A stretch of DNA of 64,000 nt from Candidatus Hydrothermarchaeum profundi (GTDB lineage: Archaea > Hydrothermarchaeota > Hydrothermarchaeia > Hydrothermarchaeales > Hydrothermarchaeaceae), in NCBI GenBank assembly GCA_002011125.2, contig MTMF02000009.1, positions 547,095-611,094 of the forward strand, read 5' to 3'. Below are positions 1 to 9,779 of the stretch, in pieces. The position numbers and the translations under genes are program-made. The notes under the pieces were generated by a model. That model saw nothing but the letters and a program-made list of their open reading frames with translations. It did not search any database and was not told the origin of the DNA. How positions within the stretch are numbered: the stretch's first letter is position 1; each line of letters opens with the position of its first letter.

Positions 1-124
1 ATTTAAGCGATAATCAGCTCACTCATTTGCCGCCAGAGATAGGTAAACTTAAGAACTTAGAGGAGCTTGATTTAAGCGATAATCAGCTCACTCATTTGCC
101 GCCAGAGATAGGTAAACTTAAGAA
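1..124 (+). repeat. 69-bp-period tandem repeat encoding LRR units
   Basis: Bases 1-55 are identical to 70-124. Confidence 0.9.
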
Positions 125-221
125 GCTGAAATATCTCCATTTAGGCGGCAATCCCCTTCCCCGGAGCGAGAAGGATAAAATTAAAAAGCTGCTACCGGAG
201 TGCCGTATTTACTGGCTGTGA
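1..221 (+). CDS. Leucine-rich repeat protein, C-terminal part (5' end outside the window)
   Basis: 23-aa LRR units [21 protein letters not shown] ending in a capping motif (GNPL...LLPECRIYW). Confidence 0.9.
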   Translation, partial: LSDNQLTHLPPEIGKLKNLEELDLSDNQLTHLPPEIGKLKKLKYLHLGGNPLPRSEKDKIKKLLPECRIYWL

Positions 222-228
222 TTATTCT

Positions 229-648
229 TCAAATCAAAAGGGGCATAACTATCATCAATATTATGGAGAGAGGCAAATATAGTAGAAGTATAATGCCTTT
301 GAAAGCCTTGGCAAAGTCGTTGAGCTCGTAGATAAGACAAGAGGATCCCATAAAACACGCTTTGAGCGGGATTTCGAGGAGGGTGGACAGCACCGCTTTT
401 AGCATGAGAATCGTCCCTATATTTAGATACCATTGAAACCAGGCTGGCAGGGATTTCCAAGCTGGGAAGAATATCTGCCAGAGAAGGAACGCAATCCCTC
501 CCATAAAGAACCTGAGTCCCCTTAGGGGTTCCCCATGTTTGAAGGCGTCAAAAAACAGCCATAAAACACCAATTAAAAATAAAATTAATACGTAAGAGAG
601 TATCTTCGGAATAAACACCAGGGTCTCAACCATGAAGGGATCTACCAT
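229..648 (-). CDS. Hypothetical multi-pass membrane protein
   Basis: 139-aa ORF with about four hydrophobic segments. Confidence 0.55.
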   Translation of the reverse strand: MVDPFMVETLVFIPKILSYVLILFLIGVLWLFFDAFKHGEPLRGLRFFMGGIAFLLWQIFFPAWKSLPAWFQWYLNIGTILMLKAVLSTLLEIPLKACFMGSSCLIYELNDFAKAFKGIILLLYLPLSIILMIVMPLLI

Positions 649-718
649 AGCTATTCCTGCTCATAATAAGCAGGAAAAGCATAAATACTTTGCGAGAAAC
701 AGCCTCGATTTGAGAAAA

Positions 719-2161
719 ATGGAAGAAGATGTTGAAGCCCTGATAGATCTCCTGAAGGATGAAGATGGGGATGTCCGGGGTGATGCTGCCCGGAAACTTG
801 GGGAGATAGGTGACGAGAGGGCAGTGGAACCCTTAATCAGGGTTTTGTTGGAGGACGAGGGGGAATATGTCCGGTGGTCTGCTGCCGAGGCGCTGGGAAG
901 GATAGGGGACAAGCGAGCGGTTCCCGCGCTTATAAAAGCTTTAGAAGACGAAGATTACTATGTTCGATTAAAAGCTGCTTGCGCTCTTGGAGATATCGGT
1001 GATAGTAGGGCTGTGGGCCCCTTGATCAAGGCTTTAAAGGACCCTAACATTGACGTTCAGTGTGAAGCCTTAGACTCTCTTGGAAAAATCGGAGAGCCGG
1101 CGGTAGAGCCGTTACTCAAGGCTTTGAAAGACGATAATGAACTTGTCCGGGAGGGTGCTGCGGCAGCTCTTGGAGGCCTCGGCGATAAAAGAGCCGTAGG
1201 GCCCCTAACCCAAGCTTTAGGGGATGAGAGCTATGATGTCAGGTGCGCTGCCGCCCAGGCTCTTGGAGATATCGGCGACAGCAGGGCATTAGAACCATTA
1301 ACTAAGGCTCTGAAGGACAGTGAGGTGGGCGTCCGCATGCGTGCAGCCAAGTCCCTTGGGAAGATAGGAGATAAAAAAGCGATAAAGCCCCTCTCCAGGG
1401 CTCTGAGGGACGAGGACTGGAGCGTTCGAAGCTCAGCGGCAGAGGCGCTGGGAAGGATGAAAGACGATAAAGCGCTGGAAATTCTCATTCAGGCTTCAAG
1501 AGACACAAATCCCGGGATTCGTATGGAAGCGATGTACGGTCTTGGATGTACGGGCGATAAAAAGGTGGTAAAGCTCCTCATCGAGGCTTTGAGGAATGAG
1601 AAAGGCATAGTCAGATGGAACGTGGTGGAGGCTCTTGGGAGGATGGGGGATGCAAAAGCGGTGGATCCATTAATCCGGGCTTTAGGGGATGCGGACAGGG
1701 AGGTTCGATGGAGAGCAGTTGAAGCCCTAGGAGAGATAGGGGACAAAAGAGCAGTGGGATCTTTGATATGCGTATTAAAGGAAGATAAGGACATGCATGT
1801 TCGCCACTGGGCGGCCTGGGCTCTCGGTGAGCTAAGGGATAAAAGGGCTACTGAAGCTTTGATCCAGGCTTTGAAGAAGGGGGACTGGGAGGTAAGGCGG
1901 GTTGCAGCCTGGGCTCTTGGAAATATTAGAGATAGAAAAGCGGTGGATCCATTAATTCAAGCGTTAAGGGACGATGACAGGGATGTTCGATCCAACGCCG
2001 CCTGGGCTCTTAGGGAGATTGGAAGCAAGGAAGCAATAGCAGTCCTGCGCAAAGCCCTGGAGGACGAAAACATAGATGTGCAAAAGGTCGCCAAAGAGGC
2101 ATTAGAGGGCAGGATAGCCCCTATGATCACGACCAAGAGGCTATTTTTGTGGGATCATTAA
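719..2161 (+). CDS. HEAT-repeat (PBS-lyase type) protein
   Basis: About 15 repeats of LxxALxDxDxxVRxxAAxALGxIGDxRAV; ATG at 719 preferred over 632. Confidence 0.92.
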   Translation: MEEDVEALIDLLKDEDGDVRGDAARKLGEIGDERAVEPLIRVLLEDEGEYVRWSAAEALGRIGDKRAVPALIKALEDEDYYVRLKAACALGDIGDSRAVGPLIKALKDPNIDVQCEALDSLGKIGEPAVEPLLKALKDDNELVREGAAAALGGLGDKRAVGPLTQALGDESYDVRCAAAQALGDIGDSRALEPLTKALKDSEVGVRMRAAKSLGKIGDKKAIKPLSRALRDEDWSVRSSAAEALGRMKDDKALEILIQASRDTNPGIRMEAMYGLGCTGDKKVVKLLIEALRNEKGIVRWNVVEALGRMGDAKAVDPLIRALGDADREVRWRAVEALGEIGDKRAVGSLICVLKEDKDMHVRHWAAWALGELRDKRATEALIQALKKGDWEVRRVAAWALGNIRDRKAVDPLIQALRDDDRDVRSNAAWALREIGSKEAIAVLRKALEDENIDVQKVAKEALEGRIAPMITTKRLFLWDH

Positions 2162-2188
2162 TTCAAGCGTTAAAAGAGGTGAGATTTC

Positions 2189-2427
2189 GTGAGTAAGTAT
2201 AGGAACTATCTTTATGATCTTAGTTTTTTAATCAAAGAAAGGGCGCTGAATGCTAAGAAAGCTCGTGAGCAGGAAAAGAAGGGTTCAGAAGGTATATGTA
2301 CGAGTCAAGGCGTCTTATGGCGTTCAATGAGGTAGTCTCTATTATGCAGCAACAGGCTGAGGCATTTGGGATACCCCTGGAGGAATTAAGGCCGGATGAC
2401 ATATACCCCGACCGCGACCTTGTTTGA
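2189..2427 (+). pseudogene. Frameshifted small protein resembling toxin-locus immunity proteins
   Basis: GAGGTGA RBS then GTG; MSKYRNYLYDLSFLIKERAL... continues after a frameshift near 2290 as YMYESRRLMAFNEVVSIMQQQAEAFGIPLEELRPDDIYPDRDLV*. Confidence 0.6.
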
Positions 2428-2469
2428 CGAGAGATTACTCGACCTCCAGCACAGGGACGTCTATATCCT

Positions 2470-2977
2470 CTAACCCGCTGGCGAGGCTTTCCTGCAACTG
2501 TCAGAACCAAAAGTAACGACCACGATATGCATTGTCCCCTTGTATTTACTCAGTCTCAGACTAGTGGGCTCTCCCCCTTCTAAAATATACAGACAGTCCA
2601 GAAGAGATTCTGATATCCTAATCCCGATTCTTTCTTTAAGCTGAAGGAACTCTTCCTCTAAAACGATTAAGCTGAGCCCTTGCCTCGCCGATTTTTTCCC
2701 GCTCCCCCTGCGAAAGCTGCTCGCCCTTAAGCAATTTTTTCCCCGTTCTCTCGACGTACCGGTCAAGGGAGACAACCCGGGAGATAAAAGTATCCTGTTG
2801 CAGAACTTCCCTCCGGGCATCGAGGGGAAGGGAAGCGACATCTCCTAAGGTTTTCTCTATTTCTTCCTTGAAGATCGGCCCGGCAATACCACGGCTTAGA
2901 CCGCCTAGTGCTTCAAGCTTTTTGAGGAACAGGATGCGATATGTCTCCCTGGTAACCTCGACCTCGAATTGCTCCAT
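2470..2977 (-). pseudogene. Helical hypothetical protein, probably frameshifted at the T4 run (2660-2663)
   Basis: Removing one T joins ORF 2636-2977 to the 2470 frame and gives the heptad-like EARAQLNRLEEEFLQLKERIG. Confidence 0.45.
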
Positions 2978-3061
2978 CGATTTGCAGAGAAGGGAGACGA
3001 ATCTATTAACCCTTCTTCAAGAACCCTTTCTTTCCAATCTTCCATTCTAGTTCCCCTCGTG

Positions 3062-3324
3062 TCACATAACGCAGAAGAATAAAGTTATGTCAAAGTATAT
3101 TGTTTTCCGGGTTCCATCAGAAAGTCTTAGCTCCATTCTATCGTAATGTTGCTACCTTTTTTAATAAGGCGTTGCCCGTCCAGTCTCTAATCCTTCTCAC
3201 GCTTTCCAAATTTCCTTTCGAGGTATTCGTATTCTGTAGCTATACTTTCGATGTTATTTTTCACATCCAAAATTATGATTGCCTCCTTTATTGATTCACC
3301 GCTTTTTTCTATGTACCTCGCTAT
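3062..3324 (-). pseudogene. Decayed small hypothetical gene
   Basis: Start reads ATA, in-frame TAG at 3187-3189, then a frameshift into HYDRMELRLSDGTRKTIYFDIT. Confidence 0.6.
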
Positions 3325-3328
3325 TTTT

Positions 3329-3628
3329 TTATTCCTCTTTGGACGATGAGACGGCCTTTTTAACCGCTTCTTCAACCAGGTCAGCCCAGTTATTATCGAG
3401 GCTGATTGCTCCCCACTGAAAGCCCTCCCTTCGCAGGGTGTTTCTAACGCTCAAGCCTAAGGAATGATGATACCCGAGGGACCAGTCCTCTCCTTTTTCC
3501 TTTATCACCTTCTTGAGCTCCGGCAGGGCTTCTCTATGATGTTTGATGATACAGTCTACGGCTTGCTTCCATTCTTTGTCTGTGATTACCTCTCCGGTAT
3601 CTTTCAACCTTAACTCAGGCGCAGCCAT
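3329..3628 (-). CDS. Hypothetical protein (HHSLGLSVRN motif, possibly DUF6794-like)
   Basis: Intact 99-aa ORF; motif resemblance only. Confidence 0.55.
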   Translation of the reverse strand: MAAPELRLKDTGEVITDKEWKQAVDCIIKHHREALPELKKVIKEKGEDWSLGYHHSLGLSVRNTLRREGFQWGAISLDNNWADLVEEAVKKAVSSSKEE

Positions 3629-3675
3629 GTTTTTAAATATTCTTGCTACTAAATAAATAGCTAATGGGAAGAACC

Positions 3676-3947
3676 ATGACTATCTTATCTCCAGAACGGG
3701 TTGCAGAGATGATTCGGAAACGATTGAGAGGCGAAATATCTCAAGAAGAACTCTCTGACTGGGCATGGAATGCCCACTGGAAAGAGGAGAAAAGGGAACA
3801 ATGCTATGAAGAAGGCAGCTTTCAAATGATAGCGGAAATAATTTTTGCCCTGGCTCATAGCGGGACAGAGGGTTCGAAATCGGTGAGCAAGAGCTGCGGA
3901 AATATCTGAAGCGACTTGAAAGAGTGCATCATGAAACGAAGGTCTAA
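3676..3947 (+). pseudogene. Small helical immunity-like protein, frameshifted near 3870
   Basis: LRGEISQEELSDWAW pattern; the shifted frame continues FEIGEQELRKYLKRLE and overlaps the SMI1 start. Confidence 0.5.
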
Positions 3948-4389
3948 TGTTATTTCCGAATTGGTTAGGCAGATTATCCTTTTAGGTATTGCATCCCCTG
4001 AAGAAATTCAGGGATGCACTCCGGAGGAGGTAGCAGAAATCCAGGCCGATGCAGGCGTTAAATTACCGGCAATTTATATAGATTTTTTATATGCGATGGG
4101 ACGGGGTGCAGGAAATTTTTTTAAAGGTTCAGATATGTTCTACCCGAGTTTGCTCGGCCTTCGAAAAGCAGCGGAAGAATTACTATCTGAAGAGGGTGCC
4201 TCTTTTTCTCTTCCCAAAGATGCTTTTGTTTTTTTGATGCATCAAGGCTATCAATTTATGTTCTTCCGAACCATTGAGCGCAACGACGACCCTCCGGTTT
4301 ATCATTATATGGAGGGAGAAGGAGTACCTCGAAAGATTTCAGCTAGCTTTTCTCAATTTCTGGTCGAAAGCGTTAGAGACCAGGTGTAG
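3931..4389 (+). CDS. SMI1/KNR4 (SUKH) family immunity protein
   Basis: GCTPEEVAEIQADAGVKLPAIYIDFL, FLMHQGYQF, DDPPVY and SFSQFL signatures. Confidence 0.88.
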   Translation: MKRRSNVISELVRQIILLGIASPEEIQGCTPEEVAEIQADAGVKLPAIYIDFLYAMGRGAGNFFKGSDMFYPSLLGLRKAAEELLSEEGASFSLPKDAFVFLMHQGYQFMFFRTIERNDDPPVYHYMEGEGVPRKISASFSQFLVESVRDQV

Positions 4390-4398
4390 TAGAAGGGC

Positions 4399-5568
4399 TT
4401 ATAGGAAATCACGGGCTCTTTTTATCCCGTCGATTATAACCCGGGCTTCATTCCTTAACTTCGGGTCATTCTCGTAGACCCACTGAGCATGAGTCAAAGC
4501 CTCCTCCAGCCGTCTTGCCCCCACAAGATACCAAGCGAGGCTGAGATGAGCCCGCCCATAGTTGGGGTCGAGTTCCACGGCTTTCTCAAGCAGCTCAATA
4601 AGCTCCTGGCCCCTCGCTTTCCCCGTGCGGGAATAAGCGATAGCCAGGTTATAGTAGGCCGCCGGATGGTCCGGTTTGAGCTCCAATAACCGTCGGAGCA
4701 GCTTTTCCAATTTTTTCCATTCTTGGAGCCTCCAGCCCAGGGATATCGCCAGAGCTATGAGCCAGGCATTCCATGGTTGCTCCTCGATAGCCTTAGAGAA
4801 CAGACTAAAAGCCTTCTCGTCTTCTCCTTTTCTCTCTGCTTCCAGGGCTTTCTTGGCATTTGTGGGGAGAAGCTCCAGAGTCGCGTGCACTGCGTCCTCC
4901 AGGGAAACAAGGAGGGGATATGGAGGAAGGCAGTTCCTAATACTCTGGATTGCTTTCGCCTTAGTGGAAAGCTTATCACTGTCTGGGTCGCATAGCTTCT
5001 TAGTCGCTTGAGAGAAGGGGTGTATGCAGGCCGAGTGGAACTTTGTTGTGACTATATCCACGAAGGACTGGATGGGGTTTAGAGGGGGATACAGCGCCCA
5101 GACAGCGTTTCTATGCCTTACCAGCCACTCCCCCCAGAAGGCTCCCATGGCGTAGTAGAGCAGAGGCTCCCTTGGGATCCTAACGCCTTCGGCTGCCTGC
5201 TCATATTCCTCCAGTTCCTTCTCGGTGAGGTCCTGACGGAGCTTAACCCCTTCAAAGTATTTCCTAAGGGAGGGGTCAATTAGGTGTTTGTTTGCAAAAC
5301 AGTCAAGCTGGGTCGAGTCAGGATTCTCCAAGTCAAGGGCGAACCCGAATACCTCATGGGCACCCTTCTGGAATGCCTTTGCCGCCGCAGCTATTGTCTT
5401 TGAATCGACGGGGTAGTTCTTTGAGTTCCTCGGTAGACCTGTTTCTCTCTGGATGAACTCAATGAAACGTGCTATATCTGGGGGCGTCTCCTCCATGAAT
5501 TCTGCACAAGGCTCATAAAAGCTTTTTACTGCTGAATTTTCTTTTCTGATATACTTTCTAGAACTCAT
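4399..5568 (-). CDS. TPR-containing protein with an unknown N-terminal domain
   Basis: C-terminal TPRs (PDHPAAYYNLAIAY, LEKAVELDPNYGRAHLSLA). Confidence 0.8.
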   Translation of the reverse strand: MSSRKYIRKENSAVKSFYEPCAEFMEETPPDIARFIEFIQRETGLPRNSKNYPVDSKTIAAAAKAFQKGAHEVFGFALDLENPDSTQLDCFANKHLIDPSLRKYFEGVKLRQDLTEKELEEYEQAAEGVRIPREPLLYYAMGAFWGEWLVRHRNAVWALYPPLNPIQSFVDIVTTKFHSACIHPFSQATKKLCDPDSDKLSTKAKAIQSIRNCLPPYPLLVSLEDAVHATLELLPTNAKKALEAERKGEDEKAFSLFSKAIEEQPWNAWLIALAISLGWRLQEWKKLEKLLRRLLELKPDHPAAYYNLAIAYSRTGKARGQELIELLEKAVELDPNYGRAHLSLAWYLVGARRLEEALTHAQWVYENDPKLRNEARVIIDGIKRARDFL

Positions 5569-5635
5569 ATCAAGTCCTTTCTAAACTTATTTTTAGTAAC
5601 ATTTTTATTCATCAGGATATAAAAAAATTTCAAAA

Positions 5636-6745
5636 ATGGATGAGATAGTCGGGGCAGGCTTGAGTTTCGGCTTTAGGCTGTTTGCTGAACTCTATAAGAG
5701 GGAGCCGGGGAGAAATATCTTTGTTTCTCCTCTTAGTGTTTTGTTTGCTCTCTCCATAGCCTATAATGGCTCAAGGGGGGAGACGAAACATGCGATGGCA
5801 AAGGCGTTATGTGTCCATACTATTGGGTTGGATAAACTTAACCAGGCAAATAGCTCACTGCTAGCCGCCTTAGAGGAGCTTGATCCAAAGGTCCATCTGA
5901 TAATTGCTAATGCTCTCTGGACTAGTCATGATATCAGGTTTAAAGAGGATTTTCTGACTGATGTCAAGTTCTATAGGGCGGAAATAGTGAACCTAGATTT
6001 TCATAGCCCCGATGTTGCGAGTCTCATAAATGAGTGGATCAGAAAGAAAACCCGTGGAAAGATACCTCTGATTGTTGACGAGTTGCCGCTGAATGTAGTT
6101 CTGTTAATTCTGAATGCGGTCTATTTCAAAGGAACTTGGAAGCATGCGTTTGAGAAGTCAGACACCAGGGAAGAGGCCTTCATCCTGCCAGACGGTACTA
6201 AGAAAAGACATCCAATAATGTTTCAAAATGGACTCTATAAGTACTATAGAGATAAAGACTTTCAAGCGGTCAGCCTTCCCTATGGCTACGGAAGGATTAG
6301 TATGTACGTGTTCCTGCCTGATAAAGATCTCGAGGAATTTCACAGATTTTTAAACCCAGAAAACTGGAATCGCTGGATGCATCAGTTCCGCAAGATGGAG
6401 GGTACTATAGGCATACCAAGGTTCAAAATGGAATACGGTGCAGACTTGGAGAATGTCCTTACTGCTATGGGTATGGGAATAGCCTTTGATAAAATGAGGG
6501 CGGATTTTGGGGATATGGTAGAGGATGCGAAGGTCTGGATCAACAAAGTCATACACAAAACTTATTTGAAAGTTGATGAAAAAGGCTCTGAAGCCGCCGC
6601 TGTAACTGAGGTGATCCTAGAAAAGGAGGAGCCACCTGAGGAGACCTTCACTATGATTGTAAACCGTCCTTTCTTCTTTGCTATCAGGGACAACGATACA
6701 GGGGCGGTGCTGTTTATGGGTTCCGTCATTGACCCGGAGGAGTGA
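5636..6745 (+). CDS. Serpin (serine protease inhibitor family)
   Basis: NIFVSPLS, INEWIRKKTRGKI, LNAVYFKGTW, hinge DEKGSEAAAVT, NRPFFFAIRD. Confidence 0.95.
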   Translation: MDEIVGAGLSFGFRLFAELYKREPGRNIFVSPLSVLFALSIAYNGSRGETKHAMAKALCVHTIGLDKLNQANSSLLAALEELDPKVHLIIANALWTSHDIRFKEDFLTDVKFYRAEIVNLDFHSPDVASLINEWIRKKTRGKIPLIVDELPLNVVLLILNAVYFKGTWKHAFEKSDTREEAFILPDGTKKRHPIMFQNGLYKYYRDKDFQAVSLPYGYGRISMYVFLPDKDLEEFHRFLNPENWNRWMHQFRKMEGTIGIPRFKMEYGADLENVLTAMGMGIAFDKMRADFGDMVEDAKVWINKVIHKTYLKVDEKGSEAAAVTEVILEKEEPPEETFTMIVNRPFFFAIRDNDTGAVLFMGSVIDPEE

Positions 6746-6796
6746 TTACATAGGCTGCGATATTATTAAATCTGCTAGGGAGAACATAATAGTGGG

Positions 6797-7186
6797 GTGA
6801 ATAGATTGGATGAAATCACAGGGGAAGTCGTTGAGAGGTTGATAGAGCAGGAGCTTGATAAGAGTAGTAGGGAAGGAATAGAGCTGTATATGAGGCTCTG
6901 TCAGGAGCCGATGACGGAGGAGGAACGTAAAGAGAGGCTCAAAACTATAAGGGGTTATGGAGTATGGTGGAGCACCGATTCTGGAGTTCGCCTTAAAAGG
7001 GCAAAAGTAGCCGATGTCAAGAAGCTCCGGGAGGGAGGCTACGAAGTATCTGCGACCTGCATCTTGGAGATCGAAACAGCACATGAATTACTTCCGGGAG
7101 AGTTCTCAGAGGAGAACATTGCAAAAGTGAGGATGAAGGTCAGTGATACTCTCGAGGTTGAAGAATTCGATTTTCAGTGGATTTAA
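6797..7186 (+). CDS. Hypothetical acidic protein
   Basis: Intact 129-aa ORF co-oriented with the serpin. Confidence 0.55.
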   Translation: MNRLDEITGEVVERLIEQELDKSSREGIELYMRLCQEPMTEEERKERLKTIRGYGVWWSTDSGVRLKRAKVADVKKLREGGYEVSATCILEIETAHELLPGEFSEENIAKVRMKVSDTLEVEEFDFQWI

Positions 7187-7260
7187 TACCGCTTATCCCT
7201 CTAGTGGAGAAGGCTCTTAACCTTGGCGAAATCACTTACTACCAGTAAGAGGTAATATCA

Positions 7261-7613
7261 ATGGAGATGGAATTAAAAGGGAGCTGGAAATATGTGGGGT
7301 TTTAAAGATATTATCTCAGTCGTTGGTAAGATTTTATCAGAGAGTATACCTGGAGGATATATGTAGAAGAGCCAACAAAGAAACAAAAGCGATTCCTTAC
7401 GGCAAGAATGTTAGCATGAGTGGAGATGAGTTGGTTAGGCTTTCTAAGGAAAATATTCAATTCATAGAAGCAACTTTTTCTGCATATAAAAATAAGCAAC
7501 ATGTGTTTACTATAAAATCGATAGACTCATCCCTTTGGGTAGTGAATTCTGAAGGATCCGAAATCATTGAGTTTTTCAAAAAGAAGTTTACTTCAAAAGA
7601 GAAGAGGGGATAA
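7261..7613 (+). pseudogene. Multiply frameshifted immunity-like gene
   Basis: GAGGT RBS then ATG 7261 with an early stop; 3' frame ends FTIKSIDSSLWVVNS...IIEFFKKKF. Confidence 0.4.
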
Positions 7614-7614
7614 T

Positions 7615-8307
7615 ATGCTCAAAGAAATACAATTCAACAAGATCGTTGAAAAACTAAAATCTTTATCTAATTTTAAGGCAGTAGAAGGCATGGCAAAATA
7701 TGGGATTACACCTAAAAAGACTTATGGAGTCTCGATTCCAAATCTCAGAAAAATTGCTAAAGAGATCGGAGTAAATCACGAGCTTGCCTTACAGCTTTGG
7801 GAAATGGATACTCGAGAAACTCGAATACTTGCTAGTATGATCGATGACCCGGAGTTAGTAACTGAAGAACAAATGGAAGAATGGGTAAAAGAGTTTGATT
7901 ATTGGGAAATCTGTGACCAAGTATGTTTGAATCTCTTTACCTATACAAAATCTGCTTATCAAAAGGCTATAGAGTGGGGCGGGAGAGATGAAGAATTTGT
8001 TAAAAGGGCGGGGTTTGCTTTAATGGCGTGCTTGGCATTTAAAGATAGAAAAGCGAAGGATGAGCAGTTTGAGAAATTTTTTCCGATTATTAAAAGAGGA
8101 TCTACGGATAATAGGAATTTTGTTAGGAAGGCAGTTAACTGGGCATTAAGGCAGATTGGAAAACGAAATCTTAACTTAAATAGAAGAGCGATAGAAACTG
8201 CTAGAGAAATTCAACAGCTAGATCCAAAAAGTGCTAAATGGATTGCTTCAGACGCCATCAAAGAATTAACAAGTAAGAAAATCCAACATAGGTTGAAAAA
8301 GAAGTAA
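7615..8307 (+). CDS. alkD: DNA alkylation repair protein (AlkD-like)
   Basis: YGVSIPNLRKIAK, FDYWEICD, DNRNFVRKAVNWALRQIGKRN. Confidence 0.88.
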   Translation: MLKEIQFNKIVEKLKSLSNFKAVEGMAKYGITPKKTYGVSIPNLRKIAKEIGVNHELALQLWEMDTRETRILASMIDDPELVTEEQMEEWVKEFDYWEICDQVCLNLFTYTKSAYQKAIEWGGRDEEFVKRAGFALMACLAFKDRKAKDEQFEKFFPIIKRGSTDNRNFVRKAVNWALRQIGKRNLNLNRRAIETAREIQQLDPKSAKWIASDAIKELTSKKIQHRLKKK

Positions 8308-8963
8308 AATGAGGAATGGTATAAAATTCATAAAAGAAGGTGGACGGCTCGATTGTATGGGCAGTAAGAAGTACTACGACTATTCATTGAGCCTGGAAAG
8401 ATGAGAAAAATTGCATTAGATAGGAGCGTGGCAAAGACCGTATTTAGGGAGAGAAGACGCTTACTGACTCTCCAACGTAGAGATGACTCATACTTCCTTT
8501 AGTGATGACTCTCTGTCCTTACCCTAAATGTTATACGTGAATTTTTTTTAAGGAGTTTGCCTTTATTACTTATCATGCTTTCTAAGAGCCGGGTTAGAGA
8601 GATACTGGAGTGCTGTCTCTGCCCAGGGGACTATGTTTTTGTCTAGACGGCGAAGAGGTATTCTTTTGTACCCTTAATGGCGGCTAATTACTTAAAAAAG
8701 ATAGAAAAGCTTACTGAGAAACTTCTTCCCCCTCTTAGAGAAGGGGAAAGCCTTTTGGACGAGCTTGAGAGGTATCCGTATTAAAGGGTGTACTTGGGCA
8801 AGGGGAAGATATTCGCCATTACCGAGGAGGAAAAGAAGACGAGCACCCTTTCCTGGCTTATTTAACCAGAAGGGATCCTTTCTACAAATGGCTTTTAGAG
8901 CATTCTATCGTTGAACTCTTACTTTTTGTTGGGACCTTTAATAAAAGTCTCATTAAATCGCTT

Positions 8964-9257
8964 ATGAGGAAAAGCGGAGCTGGCTGTAGGAATGGTGCAC
9001 AGCACGTTTTCGTTTTTATTGATGTACCGAGAGAAAAAATCCTCAGGGATTTTCCATTTCAGGGGGAAAAACCAACTCCCTGGGAAAATATAAAGGACTA
9101 CTCTAGATACACAGGATGGGTGGAAGAAATTGGAGAAGGGTATTATAAATATTATTATACTTTTCATGAGTGGTGCGGTACCCGCCGAGGAGAGAGCTAT
9201 GAGCAAAGGCGGAGAAAACGATACTATTTAAAACAATATTATAAAGTCAAAGGATGA
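8964..9257 (+). CDS. Hypothetical protein or gene fragment
   Basis: 97-aa ORF lying in a degraded region. Confidence 0.3.
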   Translation: MRKSGAGCRNGAQHVFVFIDVPREKILRDFPFQGEKPTPWENIKDYSRYTGWVEEIGEGYYKYYYTFHEWCGTRRGESYEQRRRKRYYLKQYYKVKG

Positions 9258-9459
9258 AAAGCAATGCTAGATGTAGCACTTCTTGGAGTTTGAACAAAAT
9301 GAGAGTTTAACTCCTTATTTTTCCTCTATTTTTAGAGTTACACTTCTCTAAGAGCTCATGCTAGAAGATAAGAACCTTCTGTATCAGCCGTAAGGAGGTC
9401 AATTATCCTTAAACAATAAATATTATATTCAGTATACTTATAATCGTTCTGTGAAAAAT

Positions 9460-9711
9460 ATGGCTAAGAAAAAAAAAGTAAGAAGAAAAGAGAAAAAAAG
9501 AAAGATGGAGAAAGGTGAATTTGAGGAACCTCCTAGGAGTTTTTTAGATCTTGGAAGGCCTTTAAATATAGGAGTGGGGATTTTTTTGGTACTTATGGGA
9601 GCATTAAACTTTTCAGTTTCTCCGATATTTCGGTTTATACTTGGGGCAGGTCTTGCCTTCCTCACTAGAGGGCTATACCAACAATATAAGTTAATAAAAA
9701 AAGGATTTTAG
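9460..9711 (+). CDS. Small membrane protein with a basic N-terminus and two TM helices
   Basis: Lys/Arg-rich start followed by two hydrophobic segments. Confidence 0.55.
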   Translation: MAKKKKVRRKEKKRKMEKGEFEEPPRSFLDLGRPLNIGVGIFLVLMGALNFSVSPIFRFILGAGLAFLTRGLYQQYKLIKKGF

Positions 9712-9779
9712 TAAAATTTTCTAGTGTATTTTAATACCTCAGCAGGTCTTGCTCTAATAATGCAAAGGAAGACTGCGGC

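Noticed and set aside
1-124. Direct repeat as a CRISPR array
   Set aside because: The 69-bp period is in frame and encodes LRR units; there are no unique spacers and no cas genes.
661-1794. Antisense ORFs over the HEAT gene, and the many similar shadow ORFs across the window
   Set aside because: Ser/Pro/Phe-rich mirror frames of well-supported genes, with no recognisable motifs.
3187-3189. In-frame TAG as pyrrolysine readthrough
   Set aside because: The same gene also has a frameshift and a lost start, so a TGG to TAG nonsense mutation is the simpler explanation.
8310-8900. Intact genes or an IS element after alkD
   Set aside because: Only short interrupted frames are present, with no terminal inverted repeats or transposase motifs.
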